Source: Dendronephthya gigantea
Lineage: Eukaryota
DNA length: 64,000 bases
Assembly: GCF_004324835.1 (NCBI RefSeq)
Contig: NW_021163311.1
Coordinates: 10,208-74,207 of the forward strand
Direction: 5' to 3'
How positions within the stretch are numbered: position 1 is the stretch's first letter; each line of letters opens with the position of its first letter. The translations under genes and the position numbers were made by a program. This document shows, piece by piece, positions 11,130-22,234 of the stretch. Below the pieces are notes generated by a model that searched no databases, was not told the DNA's origin, and saw only the letters and a program-made list of their open reading frames with translations.

Positions 11130-12065
11130 TTGGCAAGATAGGGCAAGATAGAAGAAAACACAAGAAAAGTAAGAAATAGACCAAGTGGTGATAAGGAAAA
11201 TATAATTGTTGCTGGAGGTTTAGGAATTAACTCTGTAGAGATGTTTAACTGGCGTCAAAGAACATGGTCGCCATTACAATCAATGCCAAAGGATCGTGAA
11301 GGAGCGACTTCATTTATTTATAACAATCATATGACTATAGCTGGGGGTGACTGTGGTGGGTCTGACATTGTTGATGATATGATTAGAATGAATATTGACC
11401 CAAACCCTGATCTCTCAACACACTGGAGTGGCTGTCCTGTTAAACTACCTGATAAGTTGAGATTCCACAGCAGTGTGCTGTATAATGATCAGTTGATAGT
11501 CTCTGGAGGTGAAAAGAGAAAAGTTTCATCTGACTTGATCAGAGCAGTCCAGCTTGTTCCTCCCTATACTGCGAAGACCTTATCAAGAATGCCAGAACCA
11601 AGACAAGGTCACAGCATGGAAATATTTGATGATAATTTGTTGATAGTTGGTGGAAAAACAACTGACACTCTCAAAGACAACCTCAGCAGTGTCGTACTGT
11701 ATGATGTAAAGAAGAATGAGCTGAAACAGTTGTCACCACTCCCGTATGAAGTGAGTCACATGGCAACTGTGAGATGGGGAGACAACATTGTTGTTATTGG
11801 TGGAATTGACAAACAATGCAAGACATTAGATACAGTTGTCATTTACAATGTCAAGACAGAACAAAGTCACATGCTGCCATCAATGAGATTTAAGAGGTGG
11901 GGATGTACTGCAGTTGTTATTGAAAACAACATTGTAGTCCTGGGAGGGTATGGTGAGGTAGGAAAGCTGAAGTCAGTTGAAGGTTTCAACTTTGAAAGGT
12001 TATCTTGGGAAGAACTTCCAGAAATGTCTAAATCAAGATGGTGGCCCACTGCTGTTGCTGTGTGA
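11130..12065 (+). pseudogene. 5'-truncated RING-TRAF-Kelch copy 3 (Kelch half only)
   Basis: Homology begins mid-gene at ..gaagaaaacacaagaaaagtaagaaatagaccaagtggtgataaggaaaat.., which encodes ..EENTRKVRNRPSGDKENIIVAGG. The spacer hairpin sequence ..gccactattggcaag is fused directly to the gene at the shared ggcaag (microhomology deletion). The RING and TRAF parts are absent. Confidence 0.8.
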
Positions 12066-12334
12066 ACAATATGTAAGGTATTAAGTGAAAACGCCTAACA
12101 TATTATGAACAATTGAAATGAACTATCACATTTTTGACAAAGTTATAGAAATAGATTGCAGCATTCTAAGTTGATTGTGAGACATATACTGATTTGTATT
12201 TTTGTTTTTGAATTTAAATTGTGTCAGTTCTTAGGATTATATATTAAAGAACAATAACAAATCTTTGAAATAGATATTTTCATTGAGGAAGGTTTAAAAT
12301 GAAACACAAAATAAAACATTTGAAATAATATTTT

Positions 12335-12540
12335 CTGCACCCCCTCCACCTAGGTTTTTCACCACCACCCCCTTCCTCCTAGGTTTTTCACCCCCTCCCT
12401 CCCACAGTTTTTTTCACACCCCTCCTATCACCTAGGTTTGCACTCCCCCCTCCCACCTAGGTTTTCTCAGCCACAACCCCTCCCCTCCCCACCTGGGTTC
12501 TTCTGCCCCAGTTCCCCAGACCAAGAATCTTAACTGAGCC
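12335..12540. repeat. C-rich 3'-flank tandem repeat (longer version)
   Basis: ccctccacctaggtttttcac-type units. Confidence 0.6.
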
Positions 12541-12756
12541 TCTGCCTCAAGAAATAGCTCAGTTACCTATTTTAAATATCAGCCTGTCTGTAAATGATGT
12601 CTGTGTCTGTCAGACTGCCACAAACCAAGTCATATTTTAAAATTTAACAATTAACAAGATTTGGAGAGATAGTTTTACTCTTTATTAAAACAAAACCCTG
12701 ATTAACTAATATAAATTGGTTTGTCAAATAAAATAAAATTCTTGTTTCAAGTTTGC

Positions 12757-13012
12757 TCACAGATTGTTTTGTAATTTCACGTTTTCCATCGCGTCCTTGA
12801 AGGCTTTTAGTACAAGATTTACATTATCTTTTGTACTGTTCAACCCCATCAAACCAACACGTCATATCTGAAACATTTCACCACAAAAAGTAAGGCTTTT
12901 CACCGGGAAAAATTTACGATTATAGAGCGAATATCTGCGAATATGGAGAAGAAAATTGTGAATATGGATACCTTTCAAGCAGATCTTCCAAGACCACCTG
13001 AATTATCCATTT
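12757..13012 (-). pseudogene. AGXT: AGXT exon 9-10 derived fragment, copy B (nonsense mutation)
   Basis: The exon-10-like segment reads cag|ATA TGA CGT. TGG has become TGA within IWRVGL. Confidence 0.55.
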
Positions 13013-13069
13013 TATGTCTGAAAAAGAAATTCATTATTCAATTTTAAGACTCTCCCTCTTTATTGGACC

Positions 13070-13270
13070 TCTATGAATCACCCCCCTGCAAGTCTTTAAA
13101 ATGGTGCTGTTGGCAGGGGGGGACTTATTCCCAAGATTCATCACATAGCAAGTACCGTAAATGGAAAGATTCACCCCCCCTGCCCATATTGAAAAATTAA
13201 TCTACTGGCAGGGGGGTGATTGCCTCCATTTACAGTACTTGCTGAGTGACGGAACCACTTATGGAAAAAA
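13070..13270. repeat. Nested palindromic foldback module (~45-bp inverted arms plus a short GC hairpin)
   Basis: cccccctgcaagtc..ggcagggggg forms the short hairpin. catcacatagcaagtaccgtaaatgga..tcaccccccctgcc pairs with ggcaggggggtgattgcctccatttacagtacttgctgagtga. Confidence 0.7.
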
Positions 13271-13389
13271 CTATGGAGTTGTTCTTCTGATAGGTATTCT
13301 GCGCCTACACTTTCTTTTATTTTTATTGTATTTTTATCTTTACTTGAAAGCACGACAAGAAATTACCATTTAGACCTAACCCGGGGGGT

Positions 13390-13900
13390 GACGGGAGTCA
13401 ATGACCAAATTCATTACTCATTCTTTTTCGAGAAATGCATTATAGTTTAAAATTTAGTGTAGCCGAATTCATATTAGAGGCGGGAAACTCGTCTTACAAG
13501 GTCAAGGAAAACAGGAAACTCGTCTTACAGGGGAAACTCCTCTTGGAAACTCATCTTAAACGGGAAACTCGTCTGATGTGAATCAGGCCACAGACGGGTT
13601 TCTCGTCAGAATTTTCCCGCCTGACTTTCCCGTCTAAACAAACGGTTAATTTGAACGGGAATCCCTTCTGGACGAGAAACTTGTATTAAATTCGCATTTA
13701 GACGGATAAATCAGACGAGTTTCTGAAATATCAACACGGTCAAGGATCGAACAAGGGTAAAGCCCGCCGCACAAGAGAGCTATCAGCTGCACTAACGACC
13801 TCGAGGCGAATTCCTCACGAAAAACTATCCGCACACGAGAGTAACTTGCTGAGCTAACAGCCTCGCTTTACCTCAGCTACCAGCTCTCGTGTGAGGCGCG
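13390..13900. repeat. Cluster of short direct and inverted GAAACTCGTCT-type repeats plus a ~52-bp tandem (aactatccgcacacga..) with hairpins; resembles transposon subterminal repeats
   Basis: The reads are ggaaactcgtcttaca, ggaaactcgtcttacag, gaaactcctcttgg, gaaactcatcttaaacgg, gaaactcgtctgatg, and inverted cagacgggtttctcgtcag and cagacgagtttctg. Hairpins are ctgagctaac..gttaactcag. The copy number of the 52-bp unit varies between spacers (1-3). Confidence 0.6.
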
Positions 13901-14177
13901 CTTAACTTAGAAAATAAACAAAACTATTATCGTAATAATCACGATACCCTTTTTAGCATTACCCGACCCATCACACGTGTAAATTTTATATCCATTTCAA
14001 GTCATATTAAGACGAGTTTTTACAATCAACTTTCCTGTCTAAGATGAATTTTTCGTGCCTAATATGAATTTGGTTATTAATGTGAGAGAGATGATACCTT
14101 CGGCTTCTCCGCTTCCTTGAATATACAATCCATTGTTATATGGTTTGTTGTTGTTTGAATAAGAACGTGATTTTCGT

Positions 14178-14605
14178 CAGATCTTCGCAGCAAATGGTGT
14201 CAAGACAGAATTCCCTGGTTTGCAAATTATGTCGACGCCATTGTGTGTACGAGAACCTCTGTATAATGATAAATTCACGTTAATTTAATTGTTTTGTAAG
14301 ATTATAAGAATATTATCGATTCGCTGTCTTGCTACAAGCTTACATCTGGTCTTACCTTGGTGTTCCGAAATCACCACAACCCTGACTGTCACATTCACGG
14401 ATTAAATTTCTACCATTTGAGCTGCAAAGCTGACCAAGTTTAAAACATTCAACCGTATTATCTAGAAAAATAAATACAGAAAAATACGATGAAGAATAAC
14501 GAAGTGATACTTGAGAATTCTACGAACAAAGATATATATCACAATATGTATTCCAGTACCTTCAAAGACTAGGAATATAACAACGATCTTAACAACTCCA
14601 AAAAT
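14178..14605 (-). pseudogene. Small secreted Cys-rich 3-exon gene E, inactivated copy (start codon lost)
   Basis: Exons 2 (14356-14461) and 3 (~14178-14259) are conserved. The exon-1 ATG is mutated (aaagatttttggag versus aaagatgtttggag in the other copies). Confidence 0.45.
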
Positions 14606-14904
14606 CTTTGATCTGCTAAAATTTAATCTTCTAGCTTGAAATGGCTTTTCATCGATATAATGACCGCACTTATACAGGATGTTTAAAAAAACACAACACT
14701 TAATATTTATGAATATTTTGATACGCTATACGATCTTTTGTGATCAAAACGAAAGTGAATTTCATAAACACTTTGAAGTGGCGTTTTTCTTATTCACCAC
14801 AGCTGTAGATCAATCCACAAGATATCCTGAACCATTTGTGTGTTGATGAAAACTCATTTAGATTGGAATATTATTGCACCGCGAAAATATTCAACTCGAC
14901 TTAG

Positions 14905-15040
14905 ACAAAGTAAAATACTAAAGTAGGTCACATCTGGGTGCATTGCAAGCTAATGGGTTAACAAGAGACACTGACAGATAGTTTTGTTAACTTATTAACT
15001 GACAGTACTCTTCCACTGATGAGTAAAATCATCTGACACG
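14905..15040. repeat. 136-bp satellite monomer abutting the gene-4 promoter
   Basis: ..gacagatagttttgttaacttattaactgacagtactcttccactgatgagtaaaatcatctgacacgattaggaaaa joined directly to tacaaactatttcttgg. Confidence 0.7.
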
Positions 15041-15304
15041 ATTAGGAAAATACAAACTATTTCTTGGTATAAAGTATCTTTTTCTTCGAACTTATTTCCA
15101 TATAATGAAATAAGAAATTCCTTCCAACATAAACACAACCAATTGCAAGTCAGCATTTGAATAGAAGATGCTGAGCTTTTGTCAGGAGACAATAATAATA
15201 ATATAATTTTTTTATATCACGAATTCCTGTCCACAAAACACTCCTTAAACACTTACGGAAGAGATATTTCTCTGCTGTTCTAAACAGATAATTTTGCCGT
15301 AACG

Positions 15305-15443
15305 ATTTGAGAAAATACAAACACAGACTTCTTCAAGAACGAACACTGTATGTATATTCAGTCTATACAGCGAGGTTTATACTACAGAGCGACAAACAAC
15401 ACAGAACTTGCTTTATTATTACGACATAAGAACGACGTGAAAT
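15305..15443 (+). promoter_or_regulatory. Conserved leader of gene 4, type-B upstream
   Basis: Same proximal ~135 bp. The upstream region is type B (cacgaattcctgtccacaaaacactccttaaacacttacggaagagatatttctctgctg..) and the type-A segment is missing. Confidence 0.5.
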
Positions 15444-17074
15444 ATGGCTTCATATATACAAGGCTACGATGAAGAACGCTTCGAGACCAAAGTCAGTAAA
15501 AATTTCCTTTGTCAGATTTGCTTCAACGTCTTGAAAGAGCCTGTCCTGTGTCCGACAAACCAACATTGTTTTTGCCGTTGTTGTATTACGAAACATCTGG
15601 AAAATTCTCAAACATGTCCAACGTGTGCTGATGAACTGACCGTAGAGACTTTGGGCGAACCCCAAAGAATTGTAAAAGATCTTATAAACGAGTTAAAAAT
15701 TCGTTGCGTTTACATCGACAGAGGTTGTCAAGAGTTGTGGAATTACAGCATCTTGACCGCCATGAAGATACATGTGGATACACACCAGCCGTTTGTACAA
15801 ACCAAGGCTGTGGTTTAATTGTCAACAAGCGTGATCTTATTCACCATGAAAGTGAAGTCTGTGAATTCCGAAAGTTGAAGTGTCACTCGTGCGGAGAAAT
15901 GACGAAAACTTTGGCAGATATGGAGGAAAAAATGGCGAAGAATAATGTAAATATTGAAACTAAAATAACAAATTTAGAGAAAAACGTTGCTACTTTTGCG
16001 AATGATATGGAGAAAAACACCGCAGATATAAAAGCAGATATAAAAGCAGATATGGAAGGAAAACTCGAAGCGGTTAACAACGAAGTCAAAGGATTGAAAA
16101 CAGCTTTGGTCAAAGCTTTTGATGAAATGAAGGACGTTCTTATCACGATGGAGGGCAAGAAAGAAGAAAACACAAGAAAAGTAAGAAATAGACCAAGTGG
16201 TGATAAGGAAAATATAATTGTTGCTGGAGATGTAGCAACTAACTCTGTAGAGATATTTAACTGGCGCCAAAGAACATGGTCGCCATTACAATCAATGCCA
16301 GAGGATCGTTATGGAGCAACTTCATTTACTTATAACAATCATATGACTATAGCTGGGGGTGGCTGTGGTTGGCCTGGCATTGTTGATGATATAATTAGAA
16401 TGAATATTGACCCAAACCCTGATCTCTCAACACACTGGAGTGACTGTCCTGTTAAACTACCTGATAAGTTGAGATACCACAGCAGTGTGCTGTATAATGA
16501 TGAGTTGATACTCTCTGGAGGTGATAATGGAAATGTTTCATCTGACTTGATCAGATCAGTCCAGCTTGTTCCTCCCTATACTGTGAAGACCTTATCAAGA
16601 ATGCCAGAACCGAGACAAGGTCACAGCATGGAAATATTTGATGATAATTTGTTGACAGTTGGTGGAAGTAAAACTGACAGTTACACAGACAACCTCAGCA
16701 GTGTCGTACTGTACGATATAAAGAAGAATGAGCTAAAACAGTTGTCACCACTGCCGTATGAAGTGAGTGCTATGGCAACTGTGAGATGGGGAGACAACCT
16801 TGTTGTTATTGGTGGCGTTGACAAACATGGCAAGACATTAGATACAGTTATCATTTACAATGTCAAGACAAAACAAAGTCACATGCTGCCATCAATGAGA
16901 TGTAAGAGGAGAGGATGCACTGCAGTTGTTATTGAAAACAACATTGTAGTCCTGGGAGGATCTGGTGCAGGAGAACTGAAGTCAGTTGAAGGTTTCAACT
17001 TTGAAAGGTATTCTTGGGAAAAACTTCCAGAAATGTCTAAAGCAAGATGGCGGCACACTGCTGTTGTTGTGTGA
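15444..17074 (+). pseudogene. RING-TRAF-Kelch copy 4, disrupted by a 1-nt deletion (true pseudogene or homopolymer assembly error)
   Basis: caagagttgtggaattacagc here against caagaggttgtggaattacagc in gene 5. The ORF splits into 15444-15818 and 15704-17074. The 5' flank and N-terminal half are otherwise identical to gene 5. Confidence 0.6.
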
Positions 17075-17339
17075 ACAATATGTAAGGTATTAAGTGAAAA
17101 CTCCTAACATATTATGAACAATTGAAATGAACTATAAGATTTTCACAAAGTTATAGAAATAGATTGCAGCATTCTAAGTTGATTGTCAGACATATACTGA
17201 TTTGTATTTTTGTGTTTGAATTTAAATTGTGTCAGTTCTTAGGATTATATATTAAAGAACAATAACAAATCTTTGAAATAGATTTTTTTATTGAGGAAGG
17301 TTTATAATGAAACACAAAATAAAAAATTTGAAATAAGCT

Positions 17340-17470
17340 TTTCTGCACCCCCTCCACCTAGGTTTTTTCACTCCCTCCCTCCCACAGGTTTTTTCACCCC
17401 CCCCAACTAGGTTTTTCAACCACCCAACCTCACCCCTTTCTACCTGGGTTCTTCTTCCCCGGGCCCCCAG
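17340..17470. repeat. C-rich 3'-flank tandem repeat
   Basis: ccctccacctaggttttttcac units. Confidence 0.6.
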
Positions 17471-17707
17471 ACCAAGAATCCTAACTGAGCCTCTGGCTCA
17501 AGAAATAGCTCAGTTACCTATTTTAAATATCAGCCTGTCTGTAAATGATGTTTGTGTCTGTCAGACTGCCACAGACCAAGTCATATTTTAAAATTTAACA
17601 ATTAACAAGATTTGAAGAGATAGTTTTACTCTTTATTAAAACAAAACCATGATTAACTAATATAAATTGGTTTGTCAAATAAAATAAAATTCTTGTTTCA
17701 AGTTTGC

Positions 17708-17968
17708 TCACAGATTGTTTTGTAATTTCACGTTTTCCATGGCATCCTTGAAGGCTTTTAGTACAAGATTTACATTATCTTTTGTACTGTTCAACCCCAT
17801 CAGACCAACACGCCATATCTGAAAAATTTCACCACAAAAAGTAGGTTTTTCAAGGGAAAAAATTTACGATTATGGAGTGAATATCTGCGAATATGAGAAG
17901 AAAATTGTGAATATGATACCTTTCCAGCAGATTTCCAAGACCACCTGAAATATCCATTTTATATCTGA
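17708..17968 (-). pseudogene. AGXT: AGXT exon 9-10 derived fragment, copy C (frameshift in the exon-9-like part)
   Basis: cagcagatttccaagacc against cagcagatcttccaagacc in the real exon 9. The exon-10-like part is intact. Confidence 0.55.
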
Positions 17969-18004
17969 AAAAGAAATTGATTATTCAATTTTAACACTCT
18001 CTAT

Positions 18005-18170
18005 GAATGACCCCCTGCAAGTAAAAATGCCACTATTGGCAGGGGGTACTTCCCAAGATTTATCACTTAGAAAGTACGTAAATGGAGATACCCCCCTGCC
18101 CATATTAAAAATAACTGTTCGAGGGGGGTGATTGCCTCCATTTACCGTACTTCCTGAGTGACGTGAACCA
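18005..18170. repeat. Palindromic foldback module (copy)
   Basis: cacttagaaagtacgtaaatggag .. ctccatttaccgtacttcctgagtg. Confidence 0.7.
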
Positions 18171-18329
18171 CTTATGCAAAAAACTATGGAGTTGTTCTTC
18201 TGATAGGTATTCTGTGCCTACACTTTCTTTTATTTTTATTGTATTTTTATCTTTACTTGAAAGCACGACATGAAATTACCATTTAGACCTAACCCGGGGG
18301 GTGACGGGAGTCAATGACCAAATTCATTA

Positions 18330-18870
18330 CTCATTTTGTTTCGAGAAATGCATTATAGTTTAAAATTTAGTTTAGCCGAATTCATATTAGAGGCGGGAAA
18401 CTCGTCTTACAAGGTCAAGGAAAACAGGAAACTCGTCTTACAGGGGAAACTCCTCTTGGAAACTCATCTTAGACGGGAAACTCGTCTGATGTGAATCAGG
18501 CCACAGACGGGTTTCTCGTCAGAATTTTCCCGCCTAACTTTCCCGTCTAAACAAACGGTTAATTCCTTCTGGACGAGAATCTCGTCTTAAATTCACATTT
18601 AGACGGATAAATCAGACGAGTTTCTGAAATATCAACACGGTCAAGGACGGAACAAGGGTAAAGCCCGCCGCACAAGAGAGCTATCAGCTGAGCTAACGAT
18701 CTCGCGAGGCAGTTAACTCAGCCTGAAAACTATCCGCACACGATAGAAACTTGCCTCTCGAGGCGAATTCCTCACGAAAAACTATCCGCACACGAGAGTA
18801 ACTTGCTGAGCTAACAGCCTCGCGAGGTCTTTAACTCAGCTAGCAGCTCTCGTGTGAGGCGGGTTTATTT
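18330..18870. repeat. GAAACTCGTCT short-repeat cluster plus 52-bp tandem (3 copies here)
   Basis: Same module as 13390-13900, with two extra aactatccgcacacga units. Confidence 0.6.
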
Positions 18871-19138
18871 GAGAAAATAAACAAATTTTTATCGTAACAA
18901 TCACGATACCCTTTTTAACATTACCCGACCCATCACACGTGTAAATTTTATATCCATTCCAACTCATATTAAGACGGGTTTTTCACAATCAACTTTCTGT
19001 CTAAGATGAATTTGCCGTGCCTAATATGAATTTGGTTATTAATGCGAGAGAGATGATACCCTCATCTTCTTCGCTTCCTTGAATATACAATCCATTGTTA
19101 TATGGTTTGTTGTTTTTTGAATAAGGACGTGATTTTCG

Positions 19139-19568
19139 TCAGATCTTCGAAGCAAATGGTGTCATGACAGAACTCCCTGGTTTGCAAATTATGTCGACAC
19201 CATTGTCTGTACGAGAGCCTCTGTATAATGATAAATTCACGTTAATTTACTTGTTTTTGTAAGATTATAAGAATATTATCGATTCGTTGTGTTGCTACAA
19301 GGTTACATCTGGTCTTACCTTGGTGTTCCGAAATCACCACAACCCTGACTGTCACATTCACGGATTAAATTTCTACCATTTGAGCTGCAAAGCTGACCAA
19401 GTTTAAAACATTCAACCGCATTATCTAGAAAAATAAATCCAGAAAAATACGATGAAGAATAACGAAGTGATACTTGAGAATTCTATGAACAAAGATATAT
19501 ATCACAATATGTATTCCAGTACCTGCAAAGACTAGGAATATAACAACGATCTTAACAACTCCAAACAT
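19139..19568 (-). CDS. Gene E: small secreted Cys-rich protein (~77 aa), 3 exons
   Basis: Exons 19523-19568, 19319-19424 and 19139-19221. MFGVVKIVVIFLVFA(G) signal ends at |GTACTG. A 98-nt intron ends ttctag. Then DNAVECFKLGQLCSSNGRNLIRECDSQGCGDFGTPR|GTAAGA. A 97-nt intron ends tacag, followed by RGSRTDNGVDIICKPGSSVMTPFASKI*. Confidence 0.5.
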
Positions 19569-19867
19569 CTTTGATCTGCTAAAATTTAATCTTCTAGCTT
19601 GAAATGGCTTTTCATCGATATAATGACCGCACTTATACAGGATGTTTAAAAAAACACAACACTTAATATTTATGAATATTTTGATACGCTATACGATCTT
19701 TTGTGATCAAAACGAAAGTGAATTTCACGAACACTTTGAAGTTGCGTTTTTCTTATTCACCACAGCTGTAGATCAATCCACAAGATATCCTGAAACATTT
19801 GTGTGTTGATGAAAACTCATTTAGATTGGAATATTATTGCACCGCGAAAATATTCAACTTGACTTAG

Positions 19868-20003
19868 ACAAAGTAAAATACTAAAGTAGGTCACATCTGG
19901 GTGCATTGCAAGCTAATGGGTTAACAAGAGACACTGACAGATAGTTTTGTTAACTTATTAACTGACAGTACTCTTCCACTGATGAGTAAAATCATCTGAC
20001 ACG
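19868..20003. repeat. 136-bp satellite monomer upstream of gene 5
   Basis: As at 14905-15040. Confidence 0.7.
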
Positions 20004-20266
20004 ATTAGGAAAATACAAACTATTTCTTGGTATAAAGTATCTTTTTCTTCGAACTTATTTCCATATAATGAAATAAGAAATTCCTTCCAACATAAACACA
20101 ACCAATTGCAAGTCAGCATTTGAATAGAAGATGCTGAGCTTTTGTCAGGAGACAATAATAATAATATAATTTTTTTATATCACGAATTCCTGTCCACAAA
20201 ACACTCCTTAAACACTTACGGAAGAGATATTTCTCTGCTGTTCTAAACAGATAATTTTGCCGTAAC

Positions 20267-20405
20267 GATTTGAGAAAATACAAACACAGACTTCTTCAAG
20301 AACGAACACTGTATGTATTTCAGTCTATACAGCGAGGTTTATACTACAGAGCGACAAACAACACAGAACTTGCTTTATTATTCCGACATAAGAACGACGT
20401 GAAAT
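20267..20405 (+). promoter_or_regulatory. Conserved leader of gene 5 (type B)
   Basis: Identical to the gene-4 upstream. Confidence 0.5.
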
Positions 20406-22040
20406 ATGGCTTCATATATACAAGGCTACGATGAAGAACGCTTCGAGACCAAAGTCAGTAAAAATTTCCTTTGTCAGATTTGCTTCAACGTCTTGAAAGA
20501 GCCTGTCCTGTGTCCGACAAACCAACATTGTTTTTGCCGTTGTTGTATTACGAAACATCTGGAAAATTCTCAAACATGTCCAACGTGTGCTGATGAACTG
20601 ACCGTAGAGACTTTGGGCGAACCCCAAAGAATTGTAAAAGATCTTATAAACGAGTTAAAAATTCGTTGCGTTTACATCGACAGAGGTTGTCAAGAGGTTG
20701 TGGAATTACAGCATCTTGACCGCCATGAAGATACATGTGGATACACACCAGCCGTTTGTACAAACCAAGGCTGTGGTTTAATTGTCAACAAGCGTGATCT
20801 TATTCACCATGAAAGTGAAGTCTGTGAATTCCGAAAGTTGAAGTGTCACTCGTGCGGAGAAATGACGAAAACTTTGGCAGATATGGAGGAAAAAATGGCG
20901 AAGAATAATGTAAATATTGAAACTAAAATAACAAATTTAGAGAAAAACGTTGCTACTTTTGCGAATGATATGGAGAAAAACACCGCAGATATAAAAGCAG
21001 ATATAAAAGCAGATATGGAAGGAAAACTCGAAGCGGTTAACAACGAAGTCAAAGGATTGAAAACAGCTTTGGTCAAAGCTTTTGATGAAATGAAGGACGT
21101 TCTTATCACGATGGAGGGCAAGAAAGAAGAAAACACAAGAAAAGTAAGAAATAGACCAAGTGGTGATAAGGAAAATATAATTGTTGCTGGAGATGTAGCA
21201 ACTAACTCTGTAGAGATATTTAACTGGCGCCAAAGAACATGGTCGCCATTACAATCAATGCCAGAGGATCGTTATGGAGCAACTTCATTTACTTATAACA
21301 ATCATATGACTATAGCTGGGGGTTGGTGTGGTGTGTCTGTCATTGCTGATGATATGATTAGAATGAATATTGACCCAAACCCTGATCTCTCAACACACTG
21401 GAGTGACTGTCCTGTTAAACTACCTGATAAATTAATATTCCACAGCAGTGTGCTGTATAATGATCAGTTGATAGTCTCTGGAGGTGATAATGGAAATGGT
21501 TTATCTGACTTGATCAGATCAGTCCAGCTTGTTCCTCCCTATACTGTGAAGACCTTAACAAGAATGCCAGAACCAAGACAAGGTCACAGCATGGAAATAT
21601 TTGATGATAATTTGGTGATAGTTGGTGGAAGTACAATTAGCAGTTACAAAGGCAACCTCAGCAGTGTCGTACTGTACGATATAAAGAAGAATGAGCTGAG
21701 ACAGTTGTCACCACTGCCGTATGAGGTGAGTCTCATGGCAACTGTGAGATGGGGAGACAACATTGTTGTTATTGGTGGCTTTGACAAATATGGCAAATTA
21801 CTAGATACAGTTATCATTTACAATGTCAAGACAGGACAAAGTCACATGCTGCCATCAATGAGATGTAAGAGGAGGGGATGTACTGCAGTTGTTATTGAAA
21901 ACAACATTGTAGTCCTGGGAGGGGAGAGTGAGCAAGCAATGCTAACATCAGTTGAAGGTTTCAACTTTGAAAGGTATTCTTGGGAAGAACTTCCAGAAAT
22001 GTCTGAAGCAAGATTGTGGCACACTGCTGTTGTTGTGTGA
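20406..22040 (+). CDS. RING-TRAF-Kelch protein, copy 5 (544 aa)
   Basis: Intact ORF. Codons 1 to ~300 are identical to copy 4. The Kelch half has diverged. Confidence 0.9.
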   Translation: MASYIQGYDEERFETKVSKNFLCQICFNVLKEPVLCPTNQHCFCRCCITKHLENSQTCPTCADELTVETLGEPQRIVKDLINELKIRCVYIDRGCQEVVELQHLDRHEDTCGYTPAVCTNQGCGLIVNKRDLIHHESEVCEFRKLKCHSCGEMTKTLADMEEKMAKNNVNIETKITNLEKNVATFANDMEKNTADIKADIKADMEGKLEAVNNEVKGLKTALVKAFDEMKDVLITMEGKKEENTRKVRNRPSGDKENIIVAGDVATNSVEIFNWRQRTWSPLQSMPEDRYGATSFTYNNHMTIAGGWCGVSVIADDMIRMNIDPNPDLSTHWSDCPVKLPDKLIFHSSVLYNDQLIVSGGDNGNGLSDLIRSVQLVPPYTVKTLTRMPEPRQGHSMEIFDDNLVIVGGSTISSYKGNLSSVVLYDIKKNELRQLSPLPYEVSLMATVRWGDNIVVIGGFDKYGKLLDTVIIYNVKTGQSHMLPSMRCKRRGCTAVVIENNIVVLGGESEQAMLTSVEGFNFERYSWEELPEMSEARLWHTAVVV

Positions 22041-22234
22041 ACAATATGTGAGGCATTAAGCACTTGAAAACTCCTAACATATTATGAACAATTGAAATGA
22101 ATTATAAGATTTCCACAAAGTTATAGAAATAGATTGTACCATTCTAAGTTGATTGTCAGACATATACTGATTTGTATTTTTGTGATTTAATTTAAATTGA
22201 GTCAGATCTTGGAATTATATATTAAAGAACAATA

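Noticed and set aside
13161-13373. Overlapping + and - ORFs across the palindromic foldback
   Set aside because: Mirrored ORFs are an expected artefact of long inverted repeats.
13640-13900. The hairpin-rich gggtaaagcccgccgcacaagagagctatcagctg..cagctctcgtgtgagg segment as a structured ncRNA or snRNA gene
   Set aside because: No recognisable box elements or similarity to known RNAs could be seen. Its copy number varies as a 52-bp tandem, which fits a repeat or TE-derived segment better.
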